Virus record (IMG/VR): IMGVR_UViG_3300046777_001387
Location: 19,697 to 83,696 of that record
Origin: a virus
Strand: one strand, 5' to 3'
DNA: 64,000 nucleotides
This document shows positions 30,901 to 41,500 of this stretch, piece by piece. The translations under genes and the position numbers were made by a program. The notes under the pieces were generated by a model. The model ran no database searches. It was not told the origin of the DNA and saw nothing but the letters and a program-made list of their open reading frames with translations. The stretch's first letter is position 1. Each line of letters opens with the position of its first letter.

Positions 30901-31382
30901 CGTTTTGTTTTCTTGTCTCAAATCCCCCAAGCGGCGCAATGGCAAACGGCGATCGTATTGGTGGGTTTGTTTTCGCTGGCAATTCTGCCACCGGCGTCTC
31001 TAGAAACAGCGCGCTGATTGCTGCCTTTGCCACGCAGGCATGGAACGACACCACGCCGCAGGCGGGAGCCGAGCTTCGGTTTGAGACCACTAATAACGGT
31101 ACTATAACTAGAACGGTGAAGCTAACGTTGGGCAGCGCCGCAACCTTTGCTGACGCGGTCAACATCGCAGTCGGCACCTCTACCGGCACAAAGATTGCTA
31201 CAGCAACCTCCCAGAAGCTGGGCTTCTGGAATGCAACTCCAGTAGTTCAACCAACAACAGCAGTAACAGGAGCAGAACGTGTTGCCGGTGGTGGCGCAAC
31301 AGTAACTGCCACTGATACATTCGATGGATACACAATCGCACAAGTAGTCGCAGCACTGCGTAGTGCTGGACTATTAGCTTAA
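27981..31382 (+). CDS. Fibre protein B, paralog of 26427..27971 with three module repeats
   Basis: Same N- and C-terminal motifs as fibre A; three copies each of the 'SQTWN...F.G.R.N' and 'F.VYNT.....YERG...W' modules. Confidence 0.8.
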   Translation: MAVSIQTITQSSLPAGPQGVQGPQGPAGASSTPGGNNTELQYNNNGVFAGASGLTTTGTELNIASGIKTLNTSPAINVSQTWDNSGNTFTAIRLNVTDTASATGSLLFDGRVDNASVFTVDKSGGVYSLLGAILGNNKWSLAQARFAGNASYYIGWASTSTVSNSTTPDTRLYRDEAYTIAQRNATNPQSFRVYKTFTDADNYERGFLRWNGNIFEVGDEGAGSGVSRQLRLVAANVSFSTNIEGGNSRTNPNLINSAFAITNTGAFNASNMIGLVSRGESAYNAVGVIGYAANSSTWTYNTTGLMGVAVRNSTRSAVGVYGAIQSTNILPDYEHYSLSAAIFDNGGITGANIIEGRSSGTSRFLVSGVGAVTANNGAITASTPALNLLQEWNNSGVAFTGLKFNAIDTASASGSLLLDVQLGGTSRFKVSRTGGIATGNPSGYNLDLGFTNNNYITGFYQTSNRGSIEFGAGAGTDLVCRAGASGGGTGTFKITAYGGVTEVVNDGNPQIFRIYNTWTNSSDQFERGHIRWNSNVLQIGTEKGSVSGTARPLELQTDGITRATIEAAGTFRTNTQPVYVNATYNTGISSSADGYVLSISTRYGTHIDTSLGRINLYSIVKFGAANYSPGITVAPYATGLSTGDPIYGGLLNASSSTSSLWLYGKYGGTYAASTGYHNGTGISIWCGFGAQPTDANANGGNAGNFDVWLNAGGAGTGTGVSGNRGKLRVLNDSTDLEVFSVNQLGNVVITSAITGDNGTLTSSSPILDLSQTWNDAGTAFVGLRFNVVRTAYGASSRLLSLTADSGDRFFVTSTGEATLLGTLTAGAFTTTGTVTAGTVLVTGSSNYVALNGSSFLQLSDGTYPARMQADGNGYNVSLRNGTNPHSFLVYNTFVNSTNYERGFLKWDSNTFKIGTEKGSGGGTSRALELQTDGVTRAVFSTAPSGTIPIARFTGNSGAHISIENTSATSSGNGAFCFLVSNPPSGAMANGDRIGGFVFAGNSATGVSRNSALIAAFATQAWNDTTPQAGAELRFETTNNGTITRTVKLTLGSAATFADAVNIAVGTSTGTKIATATSQKLGFWNATPVVQPTTAVTGAERVAGGGATVTATDTFDGYTIAQVVAALRSAGLLA

Positions 31383-31392
31383 GGAGATTTTA

Positions 31393-31728
31393 ATGGCTAC
31401 GTTTAATCTAAGAATCACTGGCGTCTCGGCTTATCCAACAGTGGATAATCTAGAGAATGTTGTATTTGATATTCACTGGGCATATGAAGGAACAGACGGC
31501 ACCTTCTCAACTGCAATGTCTGGCACTACTATGGTTCCAGCCCCAAGTGCAGAAAATTTTGTTCCCTTCGATCAGCTGACAGAACAGATGGTCAAAGACT
31601 GGGTTATTGCCTTCACAGACGCCCAGACTTTCACCAATTTTGAGAATCTAATGACTGATTGGCTTGCTGCCCAGCATAATCCTCCCGTCGTGTATCCTCC
31701 ACTCCCTTGGGCGACGGCAAACACTTAA
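31393..31728 (+). CDS. Putative fibre assembly/accessory protein
   Basis: AAGGAG RBS; 'NVVFDIHW...FVPFDQLTE..V..W...PPLPW' pattern typical of small fibre-adjacent phage proteins. Confidence 0.7.
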   Translation: MATFNLRITGVSAYPTVDNLENVVFDIHWAYEGTDGTFSTAMSGTTMVPAPSAENFVPFDQLTEQMVKDWVIAFTDAQTFTNFENLMTDWLAAQHNPPVVYPPLPWATANT

Positions 31729-31739
31729 TTGATCGATCG

Positions 31740-31747
31740 CATAAATA
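31740..31747 (+). promoter_or_regulatory. T4-type late promoter (CATAAATA)
   Basis: Intergenic, directly upstream of the giant collagen gene. Confidence 0.75.
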
Positions 31748-31794
31748 AAGGGGGTCTGATCAGACCCCCTAGATCTTTTAAGAGTTAAAAAAGA

Positions 31795-34700
31795 ATGTCT
31801 ATTACCCTCGAAGATATCCTCCAAAGTAGCCTTCCCGTCGGTCCACAGGGCATTCAGGGAGCTCAAGGCAATCAAGGCGTTCAAGGTTCTCAAGGCAATC
31901 AAGGAGTTCAAGGTTCTCAAGGTCCCCAAGGCGCACAAGGTGTGCAAGGAGCCCAAGGCGTTCAGGGATCGCAGGGTGTACAAGGTTCGCAAGGAGTTCA
32001 AGGCGCACAAGGTGTGCAAGGAGCCCAAGGCTACCAAGGATTTGATGGTCTTAAGGGATGGACTTTAAAGACTTCTAATTATAACGCTTCTAGTAATGAT
32101 CGCATTATTGCGGATTCTAGCGGCGGCTCTTTTGTAATCTATCTTCCTACTACTCCTCCTGTTGGCTCATATGTTCAAATTACTGATGGAGCTAACTGGA
32201 ATCTCAATAGTGTCACGGTAAATTCTAGCGGAACAATTATCGAATCTGGTTTCGATGAGGTTATTCTAGATGCTGCCGGCATAACCACTGAGTTCATTTA
32301 TACTGGAACAAATTGGCAAGTCACCTCTACGCTAGGTGCAATGGGTTCCCAAGGATTTCAAGGCACTCAAGGAGCAACTGGTGCACAAGGCTCTCCCGGT
32401 CCTCAAGGTGCGCAAGGTCTCACGGGCGATAGATATGCCACTACCAGTTCTAGCACAAATACTATCGGAACTGGTTCTAAGACATTCACAGTAGAAACTG
32501 GACTTTCTTACACTCCTGGTCAAGCTGTAAAAGTTTATTATGATATTTCTAATTATATGGACGGCACAGTCGTCTCATATAATTCTGGGACTGGAAGTCT
32601 GGTATTAAGTATTTCGGCAGTGACCGGAACAGGAACATATAGTTCTTGGGTTGTTAATCTTTCCGCTATTACCGGCGCACAAGGTTCACAAGGTATTCAA
32701 GGCGTCACTGGTGCACAAGGCGTTCAAGGTTCTATCGGAGCACAGGGCGCACAGGGTTCTCAAGGAACACAAGGTCCCCAAGGTGCAGCAGGTGTGCAAG
32801 GCGCTCAGGGTGCATCGGGTGCACAAGGTGCTCAGGGTGCTGCTGGTACTCAAGGTGCCCAAGGTTCTGTGGGCGCACAAGGTGCTCAAGGATCAGTGGG
32901 TGCTCAGGGTGCTCAGGGTGCTGCTGGGACTCAAGGCGCACAGGGGACGACAGGAGCACAAGGAGCGCAAGGTTCTGCTGGAGTTCAGGGTGCACAAGGT
33001 GCTCAGGGTATTCAAGGCGATCAAGGCGCAGTTGGTCCACAAGGTTCTGCTGGTCCACAAGGTGTGCAAGGTTCAACTGGAGCGCAAGGTGTACAGGGAT
33101 CTGTAGGAGCTCAAGGCGCGCAAGGTTCAGAAGGTGCCCAAGGATCTGTTGGTGCGCAAGGTGTGCAAGGAACACAAGGTCCTCAAGGTGCAACAGGAGC
33201 GCAAGGTTCCGTTGGTGCTACCGGCAGTGAGGGTGCTGTCGGCGCTCAGGGTGCACAAGGTTCTGTTGGAGCACAGGGTTCTGTCGGAGCTCAAGGTGTT
33301 CAGGGATCTGTTGGAGCTCAAGGTGCGCAAGGTTCTGTTGGTGCACAGGGTGAACAAGGTGTCACCGGTGCGCAAGGTTCTGTTGGTGCACAAGGATCAG
33401 TCGGAACTCAAGGAGCACAAGGTGCTGCTGGAGCTCAAGGTTCTGTTGGTGCACAAGGATCTGTTGGAGCGCAAGGCGCACAGGGTGCTCAAGGTGCTGC
33501 TGGAGTGCAAGGCGCTCAAGGTGCAGTAGGTGCGCAAGGTACAGTTGGAACCCAAGGCGCACAGGGTGCTGTAGGTACTCAAGGATCTGCTGGAGCACAG
33601 GGTGCTCAAGGATCAGTTGGTCCACAAGGAGCGCAAGGCGCTACAGGAGCCACGGGCACTCAAGGTGCACAGGGCGCTTCTGGTGTACAAGGTGCTCAAG
33701 GATCTGTCGGAGCACAAGGTTCTGTCGGAGCACAAGGTGCAATTGGTCCGCAAGGCGCACAAGGTTCCACTGGAACAACTGGTTCTCAGGGTCCACAAGG
33801 AGCCCAAGGTGCCGCAGGTGTGCAAGGCGCTCAAGGTTCTGCCGGCGCACAGGGATCAGTAGGTGCTCAAGGCTCAGTTGGTCCGCAAGGTGCACAAGGT
33901 GCTACTGGAACAACTGGAGCACAGGGATCAGTTGGCGCGCAAGGTGCCCAAGGTGCTAATGGAGTTCAGGGCGCGCAAGGTGCTGTCGGAGTTCAGGGTG
34001 CACAGGGTGCTACTGGAACAACTGGAGCGCAGGGATCAGTTGGTCCACAAGGTGCACAGGGTTCTGTTGGAGCTTCTGGCGCACAGGGATCAGTTGGTGC
34101 TCAAGGTGCAGTAGGTGCACAAGGAGCACAAGGCGCACAAGGCGCTACCGGTGTACAAGGTGCACAGGGTTCTGTTGGAACACAAGGATCAGTCGGAGCA
34201 CAAGGATCAGTTGGTCCGCAAGGCGCTCAAGGATCTATCGGTGTACAGGGAGCACAAGGTGCTCAAGGCGCAGCTGGTGTTCAAGGCGCACAAGGCGCTA
34301 CTGGAGTTCAAGGTGCTCAAGGTGCAGTTGGTCCGCAAGGTGCACAGGGTGCTAATGGAGTTCAAGGTGCTCAAGGCTCAGTTGGTCCACAAGGCGCACA
34401 GGGCGCTGCTGGTGTTCAGGGTGCAGTAGGCACTCAAGGTGCGCAAGGTGCTTCTGGAGTTCAAGGCTCAGTCGGTCCACAAGGAGCACAGGGTGCTGCT
34501 GGAGTTCAGGGTGCTCAAGGTGCGGTGGGCGTACAAGGTGCAATTGGTCCACAAGGCGCACAAGGTGCTGCCGGAGTTCAAGGTGCACAGGGTGCTGCTG
34601 GTGTGCAGGGAGCACAAGGTGCTGCCGGTGTTCAGGGTGCTAATGGAGTTCAAGGTGCACAGGGTGCCATAGGCGTTCAAGGTGCACAAGGTGCTAATGG

Positions 34701-35883
34701 AGTGCAAGGCGCTCAAGGTGCCATAGGCGTTCAAGGTGCACAAGGTGCTGCTGGATTCCAAGGTGCCCAAGGCTCAGTCGGTCCACAAGGCGCACAAGGC
34801 GCACAAGGTGCTGGTGGAGTTCAAGGTGCGCAAGGAGCACAAGGTGCTGCTGGAGTCCAAGGTGCTCAGGGAGCACAAGGCGCTAATGGAGTTCAAGGTG
34901 CACAAGGTGCTGCTGGGATACAGGGAGCACAAGGTGCTGCTGGGGTACAAGGCGCTCAAGGAGCACAAGGTGCTGCTGGCGTACAAGGCTCAGTAGGCGC
35001 GCAAGGTGCAATTGGTCCACAAGGCGCACAAGGTGCTGGTGGAGTTCAAGGTGCGCAAGGAGCACAAGGTGCTGCTGGAGTTCAAGGTGCCCAAGGTGCT
35101 CAGGGAGCAGTAGGAGTCCAAGGCGCTCAGGGTGCTGCTGGTATACAAGGTGCTCAAGGAGCACAAGGCGCTAATGGAGTTCAAGGTGCTCAGGGAGCAC
35201 AAGGTGCTGTGGGCGTTCAAGGCGCGCAAGGTGCTGCTGGAGTCCAAGGCGCTCAGGGAGCACAGGGTGCAGTAGGTGTTCAAGGCGCGCAGGGTGCGCA
35301 AGGTGCCGCAGGTGTTCAGGGCGCTCAAGGTGCTCAAGGTGCAGTAGGTGTGCAAGGTGCTCAAGGAGCGCAGGGCGCACAAGGAGCACAGGGTGCAGTA
35401 GGTGTTCAAGGCGCTCAAGGTGCTCAAGGTGCTGCTGGCGCACAAGGACAATCTTTTGTGGGGGCTCAAGGAGCGCAGGGCGCACAAGGAGCACAAGGAG
35501 CGCAGGGTTCTGTCGGAGCACAAGGTGCCCAAGGATCTCAGGGTCCTGCAACTTTCCGAGTTAGCTCCACAACCTCTATCGCATCTCCTCTAGCATGGAA
35601 TAGTGACAACTTTGAAATGTATGCAGCAACTGCCCAAGCAGTTGCTCTGACCATTAGTGCTGATGCTGGAACGCCAACTAATGGTCGCAGAATTATCTTC
35701 AGATTCAAGGACAATGGAACTGCAAGATCTCTAAACTGGACAACTGGAACGTCCAAATCATTCAGAGCAGTTGGTGCAACTCTCCCAACCACAACTGTAG
35801 TCAATAAGACCGTATACATTGGTTGCATATATAACGCTGCAGACGACAGATGGGATGCTATTGCAGTATCGCAAGAAGCTTAA
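31795..35883 (+). CDS. Giant collagen-like fibre protein
   Basis: 'SSLPVGPQG' N-terminus, one gp9/gp10-like domain, a long Gly-X-Y tract, and a C-terminal globular domain '[20 protein letters not shown]...[18 protein letters not shown]'. Confidence 0.9.
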   Translation: MSITLEDILQSSLPVGPQGIQGAQGNQGVQGSQGNQGVQGSQGPQGAQGVQGAQGVQGSQGVQGSQGVQGAQGVQGAQGYQGFDGLKGWTLKTSNYNASSNDRIIADSSGGSFVIYLPTTPPVGSYVQITDGANWNLNSVTVNSSGTIIESGFDEVILDAAGITTEFIYTGTNWQVTSTLGAMGSQGFQGTQGATGAQGSPGPQGAQGLTGDRYATTSSSTNTIGTGSKTFTVETGLSYTPGQAVKVYYDISNYMDGTVVSYNSGTGSLVLSISAVTGTGTYSSWVVNLSAITGAQGSQGIQGVTGAQGVQGSIGAQGAQGSQGTQGPQGAAGVQGAQGASGAQGAQGAAGTQGAQGSVGAQGAQGSVGAQGAQGAAGTQGAQGTTGAQGAQGSAGVQGAQGAQGIQGDQGAVGPQGSAGPQGVQGSTGAQGVQGSVGAQGAQGSEGAQGSVGAQGVQGTQGPQGATGAQGSVGATGSEGAVGAQGAQGSVGAQGSVGAQGVQGSVGAQGAQGSVGAQGEQGVTGAQGSVGAQGSVGTQGAQGAAGAQGSVGAQGSVGAQGAQGAQGAAGVQGAQGAVGAQGTVGTQGAQGAVGTQGSAGAQGAQGSVGPQGAQGATGATGTQGAQGASGVQGAQGSVGAQGSVGAQGAIGPQGAQGSTGTTGSQGPQGAQGAAGVQGAQGSAGAQGSVGAQGSVGPQGAQGATGTTGAQGSVGAQGAQGANGVQGAQGAVGVQGAQGATGTTGAQGSVGPQGAQGSVGASGAQGSVGAQGAVGAQGAQGAQGATGVQGAQGSVGTQGSVGAQGSVGPQGAQGSIGVQGAQGAQGAAGVQGAQGATGVQGAQGAVGPQGAQGANGVQGAQGSVGPQGAQGAAGVQGAVGTQGAQGASGVQGSVGPQGAQGAAGVQGAQGAVGVQGAIGPQGAQGAAGVQGAQGAAGVQGAQGAAGVQGANGVQGAQGAIGVQGAQGANGVQGAQGAIGVQGAQGAAGFQGAQGSVGPQGAQGAQGAGGVQGAQGAQGAAGVQGAQGAQGANGVQGAQGAAGIQGAQGAAGVQGAQGAQGAAGVQGSVGAQGAIGPQGAQGAGGVQGAQGAQGAAGVQGAQGAQGAVGVQGAQGAAGIQGAQGAQGANGVQGAQGAQGAVGVQGAQGAAGVQGAQGAQGAVGVQGAQGAQGAAGVQGAQGAQGAVGVQGAQGAQGAQGAQGAVGVQGAQGAQGAAGAQGQSFVGAQGAQGAQGAQGAQGSVGAQGAQGSQGPATFRVSSTTSIASPLAWNSDNFEMYAATAQAVALTISADAGTPTNGRRIIFRFKDNGTARSLNWTTGTSKSFRAVGATLPTTTVVNKTVYIGCIYNAADDRWDAIAVSQEA
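32674..35550 (+). repeat. 9-nt periodic Gly-X-Y coding repeat (mainly GGN GCN CAR)
   Basis: 32674-35454 is 2781 nt = 309 triplets in phase, followed by a Phe-Val interruption and 10 more triplets. Confidence 0.95.
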
Positions 35884-35892
35884 TGACATAAT

Positions 35893-38559
35893 ATGGCTAC
35901 CTATAGAAAATTCGTAGCAATCACCGCTAATGGAACTTGGACAGTTCCTACCGACTGGAGCAATACAAGTAACAGAATTGCTTGTATTGGTGCCGGTGGA
36001 AACGGTGCAGCTGTTGCCGACGGATCAGGTTCCGGTGGTGGTGGAGGTGGAGCATATTCTGCTGTTCCCAACGTTTCACTGACTCCAGGAGCCACAGTTT
36101 ATGTGACTATTGGTGCGGGTGGAGGTGGTGCTACTGGCGCAGATACTTGGGTCAATTGGGTTTCTAATACTGCTCCAGCTGCTACAACTAATGGCGTTCT
36201 TGCTGACGGTGGTCTTAACGGTTCAGGTCTGACTGGTGGTGCTGGTGGAACAGTAGCCAACTCTGTTGGAGATGCATCTCTAGAATTTGCAGGCGGTTCT
36301 GGTGGCAACGGTAACAATACTGGCGACACCGGTGGTGGCGGTGGTGGAGCAGCAGGTCCCGGTGGTGCTGGCAAAGACGGTGGTACTGGTGGTACTGGTG
36401 CTGGCGACGGCGGCGGTGGCGGTGGTGGTGCAGGCGGTGGTTCATCAACTGCTGGTTCTGGCACAACCACAGCAACTGGCGGTGCAGGTGGTAACGGTCC
36501 TCTAGGAACGGGCAGCGGCGCTGGCGCAACTGGCACAGGTACAGGTACTGCTGGCGGTGCTGGTACTGGTGCCGGTGGTGGTGGCGGCGGTGGTACTGCT
36601 GGTGTTGGTGGTGCTGGTGGATCTGGCAGCGACCTTGGTACTATTAGCAGCGTTTCTTATGGTGCTGGCGGCGGTGGTGGTGGTAATGGCGACAACAACG
36701 CAGCCACAGGAACTCCCGGCGCTGGTAACGGCGGTCTTTATGGTGGTGGAGGTGGAGGTCGCGAAACTGGTGGTACTGGTGGATCGGGCGCGGCTGGTGT
36801 TGTTTGGATTTGGTATGATGTTATTATCGATAGCCTATACTGGATTGGTGGTTCTGGCAACTGGGACACGACTACAACTTCTAAGTGGTCGACCACTTCT
36901 GGTGGTACTGCCAACACTGCTGTTCCTGACGAGTTCTGCGACGTTATCTTTAATGCAGCGTCAGATGCAGGCTCTGCATTCACAGTGTCTATATTAGCAG
37001 GCGCTAACTGCAAGAATCTAACTGTATCTGGTCTAGATCAGACAATGAACCTGTTCCAAGGCGCGAATACTCTTAACGTCAATGGATCTCTAGTTTTCTC
37101 TGGAACAAACCAGACATATTCACTGACCACAGGAGTGACTAGATTCACGTCTCCTTCTTCAGTGAATATTGACACTGCAAATATTGCATTCGGAAATGTG
37201 GTGTTTGTGGGAAGCGGAACGTTTACTCTTAGCAATACGCTCAACACTGCCTTCGGTACGATTACACATTTAAATGGCAACATCAACGCCAACAATCGTA
37301 ACGTGAGTGCCGGCGCGTTCTTCTCAAACACAACCAATACCAGATCTATCACAATGGGTTCTGGTACTTGGGAAGTAAGATCAAACTCCGATTGCTGGGA
37401 CGTTGTTGGAACCAACCTAACGGTAACACCAAACACATCCACGATTTATTTGTCGAATACTAGTTCAGACACAAGAACATTCGCTGGTGGAACTGAGCCA
37501 TACTACAACTTACGAATTGGTGGTCCTACCGGAAGTTCAGTCACTATTGTTACAGGGAATAATACCTTTAATGAGATATCTAGCGATAAAACTGTAGCTC
37601 ACACAATTCAATTCGAAAGCGGCTCTCTAACAAAAACCAACAGTTTCATAATTAGTGGATCATCAGGAAATCTTGCTAAGATAAACTCAGCGCCTGGAAC
37701 TTCTCAAGTCACACTTTTGCAATCCAAGTTTGCAACTAACGCTAGCGGTTCTACTGTGACCGCAACCTTTGATAACGCAACTACTGCAGGTTCTGTCATT
37801 GTTGCATTTCCTGTTGGTGATGATGCTTCTTCGGCTACGTTGTCCTCAGTAAGCGACAATAGAAGCGGTTCATACACACAACAATTCGGAGACATCATCA
37901 GCAGTTCGCGTTTCGTTCTTGCAGCATTCACAAATATTGCTGGTACAAGAGGAACTGCGCACAGTGTCACTGCGACATTTACAGCTGCTGTAACTTTTAC
38001 AGGATTGATGTTGGCAGAGTTTTCCGGGGTGAATACATCTAGTATTCTAGCAGGATCAGGAAGTGCCGAGGCACCATCAGACTACGCAGTACCGTACCAA
38101 GTAATCGGTCCTTCTGTCACCCCAACTGCTAATGGTATCCACATAGCTGCATTCTTCCAAGACGGTGCCTCTAATAGTGCATTCGTTGGATCGTCTGGAT
38201 GGACAGAACAATTTGAATTGCCACTAGGACAATTTGCTGGTGCAGGGTTATATACAAGAACTGCTACTAATGGTGCGGCGCAGCAACTTACAGTCGATGT
38301 AACAAATAACGTTGTTGACGTTGGTGGTATTATTCATCTGGTGATTCGAGAAGGAGTTGGCGCTTCCGGACATACTCTAGAGAAAACTGGTGGCGGTACC
38401 ATTTCAGTTAACTATCTAGACATAGCCAACTCCTCAGCAACTCCGAGTTCAACTTGGTATGCGTATAATTCAGTAGATTCAGGAAGCAATACTGGTTGGA
38501 TTATTTCAACAGGTGGTGCAGCCACTGCTGGAAACTTCTTTATGTTGCTGTTTGCTTGA
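35893..38559 (+). CDS. Glycine-rich putative adhesin/fibre-associated protein
   Basis: N-terminal ~310 aa with many GGGGG runs (polyglycine-II-type), followed by 'YWIGGSGNWD...WSTTSGG' and a beta-solenoid-like region. Confidence 0.75.
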   Translation: MATYRKFVAITANGTWTVPTDWSNTSNRIACIGAGGNGAAVADGSGSGGGGGGAYSAVPNVSLTPGATVYVTIGAGGGGATGADTWVNWVSNTAPAATTNGVLADGGLNGSGLTGGAGGTVANSVGDASLEFAGGSGGNGNNTGDTGGGGGGAAGPGGAGKDGGTGGTGAGDGGGGGGGAGGGSSTAGSGTTTATGGAGGNGPLGTGSGAGATGTGTGTAGGAGTGAGGGGGGGTAGVGGAGGSGSDLGTISSVSYGAGGGGGGNGDNNAATGTPGAGNGGLYGGGGGGRETGGTGGSGAAGVVWIWYDVIIDSLYWIGGSGNWDTTTTSKWSTTSGGTANTAVPDEFCDVIFNAASDAGSAFTVSILAGANCKNLTVSGLDQTMNLFQGANTLNVNGSLVFSGTNQTYSLTTGVTRFTSPSSVNIDTANIAFGNVVFVGSGTFTLSNTLNTAFGTITHLNGNINANNRNVSAGAFFSNTTNTRSITMGSGTWEVRSNSDCWDVVGTNLTVTPNTSTIYLSNTSSDTRTFAGGTEPYYNLRIGGPTGSSVTIVTGNNTFNEISSDKTVAHTIQFESGSLTKTNSFIISGSSGNLAKINSAPGTSQVTLLQSKFATNASGSTVTATFDNATTAGSVIVAFPVGDDASSATLSSVSDNRSGSYTQQFGDIISSSRFVLAAFTNIAGTRGTAHSVTATFTAAVTFTGLMLAEFSGVNTSSILAGSGSAEAPSDYAVPYQVIGPSVTPTANGIHIAAFFQDGASNSAFVGSSGWTEQFELPLGQFAGAGLYTRTATNGAAQQLTVDVTNNVVDVGGIIHLVIREGVGASGHTLEKTGGGTISVNYLDIANSSATPSSTWYAYNSVDSGSNTGWIISTGGAATAGNFFMLLFA

Positions 38560-38565
38560 TAAATA
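38558..38565 (+). promoter_or_regulatory. T4-type late promoter (GATAAATA)
   Basis: At the gene junction upstream of the long tail fibre. Confidence 0.65.
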
Positions 38566-38592
38566 TGTAAGCCTAAACTACAGAAGAACCCC

Positions 38593-41500
38593 ATGGCAGA
38601 CTTCCCAGCTAATCCCACTCTCGGTATTATATTCAAAACTACTGATAACACTCAGTGGTATTTTGATGGCTATTCTTGGAAAGCAGGAACCTTCGCGCCC
38701 AATCAGGCACTGATTCACTTCGCCACTTCTGCGAATAGTGGATCTACCGTAAATGCCAACTCTCTAAATTTCATTAATACTCAGTATATTCTGGCAAACG
38801 TCCAGCCGGGACTCACAGGCAACGCGAATATATCCTTCGCTTTGCAGTATCCAGTTATTGCTAATAACGAATTGATCGTCACTGCTAACGGTATTAATTT
38901 CGTCAATAATAACTCGGTTTTCGTCAACGTTGGTACTGGTATTAACGGCAACGCTAACGTTCAGTTCGGAATCACTATTCCTACTGCAGTAAACAGTGGA
39001 ACTGTAGTTATTGCCAACAGCTTCAACTACACCAATACAAATACAGTTAATGTTACTGTTTCTTCTGGTATTGCTGGCAATGCCAATATTGCTTTTGAAA
39101 GCTATATGGTGGCTAGTGCCAATGGAGGAAGTGGAGTTAAGACAAACTCTATAAACTTCGTAAATTCTCCTAGTGTGATTGTGAATGTGTCTCCTGATCC
39201 TGCAGGAAACGCTAATGTAGGATTCTCCAGCTTCTTCCCCACATCGGCTAATAGCGGATCTACAGTAACTTCTAACGGAATCAACTTCGTTAATACTTCT
39301 AGTGTTCAGGTTAACGTTCAATCTGGCTTAACTGGTAATGCAAACATTTCGCTGGAAAGCTTTTTCCCTACATCGGCTAACAGTGGATCCACGATAACAT
39401 CCAACGGTATTAACTTCATAAACACCAGAAGCGTTCAGGTAAACGTTCAATCTGGGTTGACTGGAAATGCGAATATCTCTTTCCAGAGCTTCTTTCCAGT
39501 TTCAGCCAATACTGGAAGCACCGTAACAGCCAATGGAATCAACTTTACGAATACAGAGTCTATTCTGGTTGCGGTTCAGACTGGACAAACTGGCAACGCG
39601 AATATTTCTTTCTCTGTTGCTACTACCAGAGCAATCAACGCGGACGCCACTCTAGGTGGTACAAACTATTACGTCGTCGGTGTAGCTGCTACTGGAGTCA
39701 ATTCAGTTCCCAATGCGAATACTGGATTTTATTTCAATGGTAATACGGCAACAATACTAGGCAGCCTTGGTGTGGGAGTCACACCCACACAAAAACTAGA
39801 GGTTAATCTAACTTCTGGTGGAACAAATATGTTCCTAGCTTCTACCACACAAACTCCATCTATTGGTGGCGGTGGTCAAGGACTTAGGTTTGGTTGGAAT
39901 ACAACTTCTGCTGGACCAACGATAAGACTGCTGCATGGTGGGTCATATAGCGACGCAGGATTATTATTCTCTACTTGGACTTCTGCAGCTGAAGTTGAGC
40001 GCATGCGCCTCGACACTGCTGGCAATCTTGGTATTGGTGCATCACCCTCATATCCATTGGATGTTGTTAAAAATGGTGTTCAAGTCGGCAGCACTACAGC
40101 ATATTTGATTACTAGATTTAGCGATGCGACGCCAAATAAAGGTATACACCTTGGGTATGATAGCGGTTCTCAAACTGGTATTGTTCTCAGCGCCAGTTCA
40201 GCGGCTTCCAGTAATCTAGCTTTCTGGAATTTTGACAGTGTTTCAACCGGTTGGGCAGAGCGCGCAAGAATCACTAGCACTGGCAGACTGGGCATCGGCA
40301 CTACTAATCCAGCATACAGATTGCAAGTAAGCGATTCCTCATCCAACTTTGTTTCTGTTATTTCTGGTACTAGCGCGACAGCAGGACTTCTTCTCGGCGA
40401 CACCGACAGTGCAACTGTTGGTCGTGTTGAGTACGAAAATCTTAATAATGCGATGACAATGTTTACTAATGGTTCTGAGCGTATAAGGATAACATCAGGC
40501 GGTAATGTTGGAGTTGGTGTCAGCCCTTCTGTAAGATTGCATGTTTTGACTGGCAACTCAGGCGAGGGAGAGGTTCGTGTAGAGAACTCCAGTGCAGTTC
40601 ATTCTTCAGGAATTAATTTCTGGACTGGCACACAGAGAGGATTTGTTGGTTGGAGAGGAACCAGCTCAACTTCTCCATTCAATGTCAGTGGAATGTATCT
40701 GATCAATTTCGACAACTCTAGCCTGATTCTCGGCACGAATAATCTTGAAAGAATGCGTATCGATTCTAATGGTAATGTGGGAATTGGATCCACTCCATCT
40801 GCTTCGTATAGACTACAGATTACAAGTTCCGGTACAGTTAATGGTATTTTGGTTACTACAGGCACTGGTGGTTATCCACAAGTTACTGGAACTGATGGCA
40901 CAGTTACGCAGTTTGGAGTATATGCTGCCAATGGAATTGGTTATGCCGGAACGCAAAGCAACCATCCTTACGTTCTACTAACCAACAATACTGAAAGAAT
41001 TCGTGTTGATACAAGTGGTAATATGGGTGTAGGTATCTCGCCAGCAGCAAAACTTGATGTGCTTGGCGTGATCAGATCGACTAGTCCCGATTCCGGAACA
41101 GTTCTAGATGCGACTGCCTTGAACGGCGGAACATCTTATATTGACTCTTTCCGATCTACTGGAAGTGCGTTAGTGTTCCGCACAAATAGCTCTGGATCTG
41201 GAGTTTCTGAGAGAGTCAGAATAGATAGCAGCGGCAATGTTGGTATTGGACTGTCGCCATCAACAAATCTCGATGTTCGAAGCGTCATACGAAGCACCAG
41301 CCCTGACAGTGGAACTCTGCTTTCCGTTCAAGCCACAAACGGAGGAGCAACATACATCGATGCCTTTAGAACTGCTGGAGCCACACTGTATCTAAGAGTT
41401 ACGAACGGATCTGGAACGCTATTAGAAAGATTTACTGTTACGCAAAACGGTATAACTGTCACTGGAGGCGTTGGTGTTACACAGGGAATTTATGCTAACG

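Noticed and set aside
32674-35550. Possible CRISPR array or non-coding satellite
   Set aside because: The repeats are in-frame codon triplets with synonymous variation. There is no constant repeat with unique spacers and no cas gene.
31795-35883. Many overlapping alternative-frame and minus-strand ORFs over the collagen repeats (also at 18100-19200 and 20600-22000)
   Set aside because: These are shadows of the 9-nt periodic, stop-poor repeat. They give low-complexity translations and I saw no supporting RBS or promoter.
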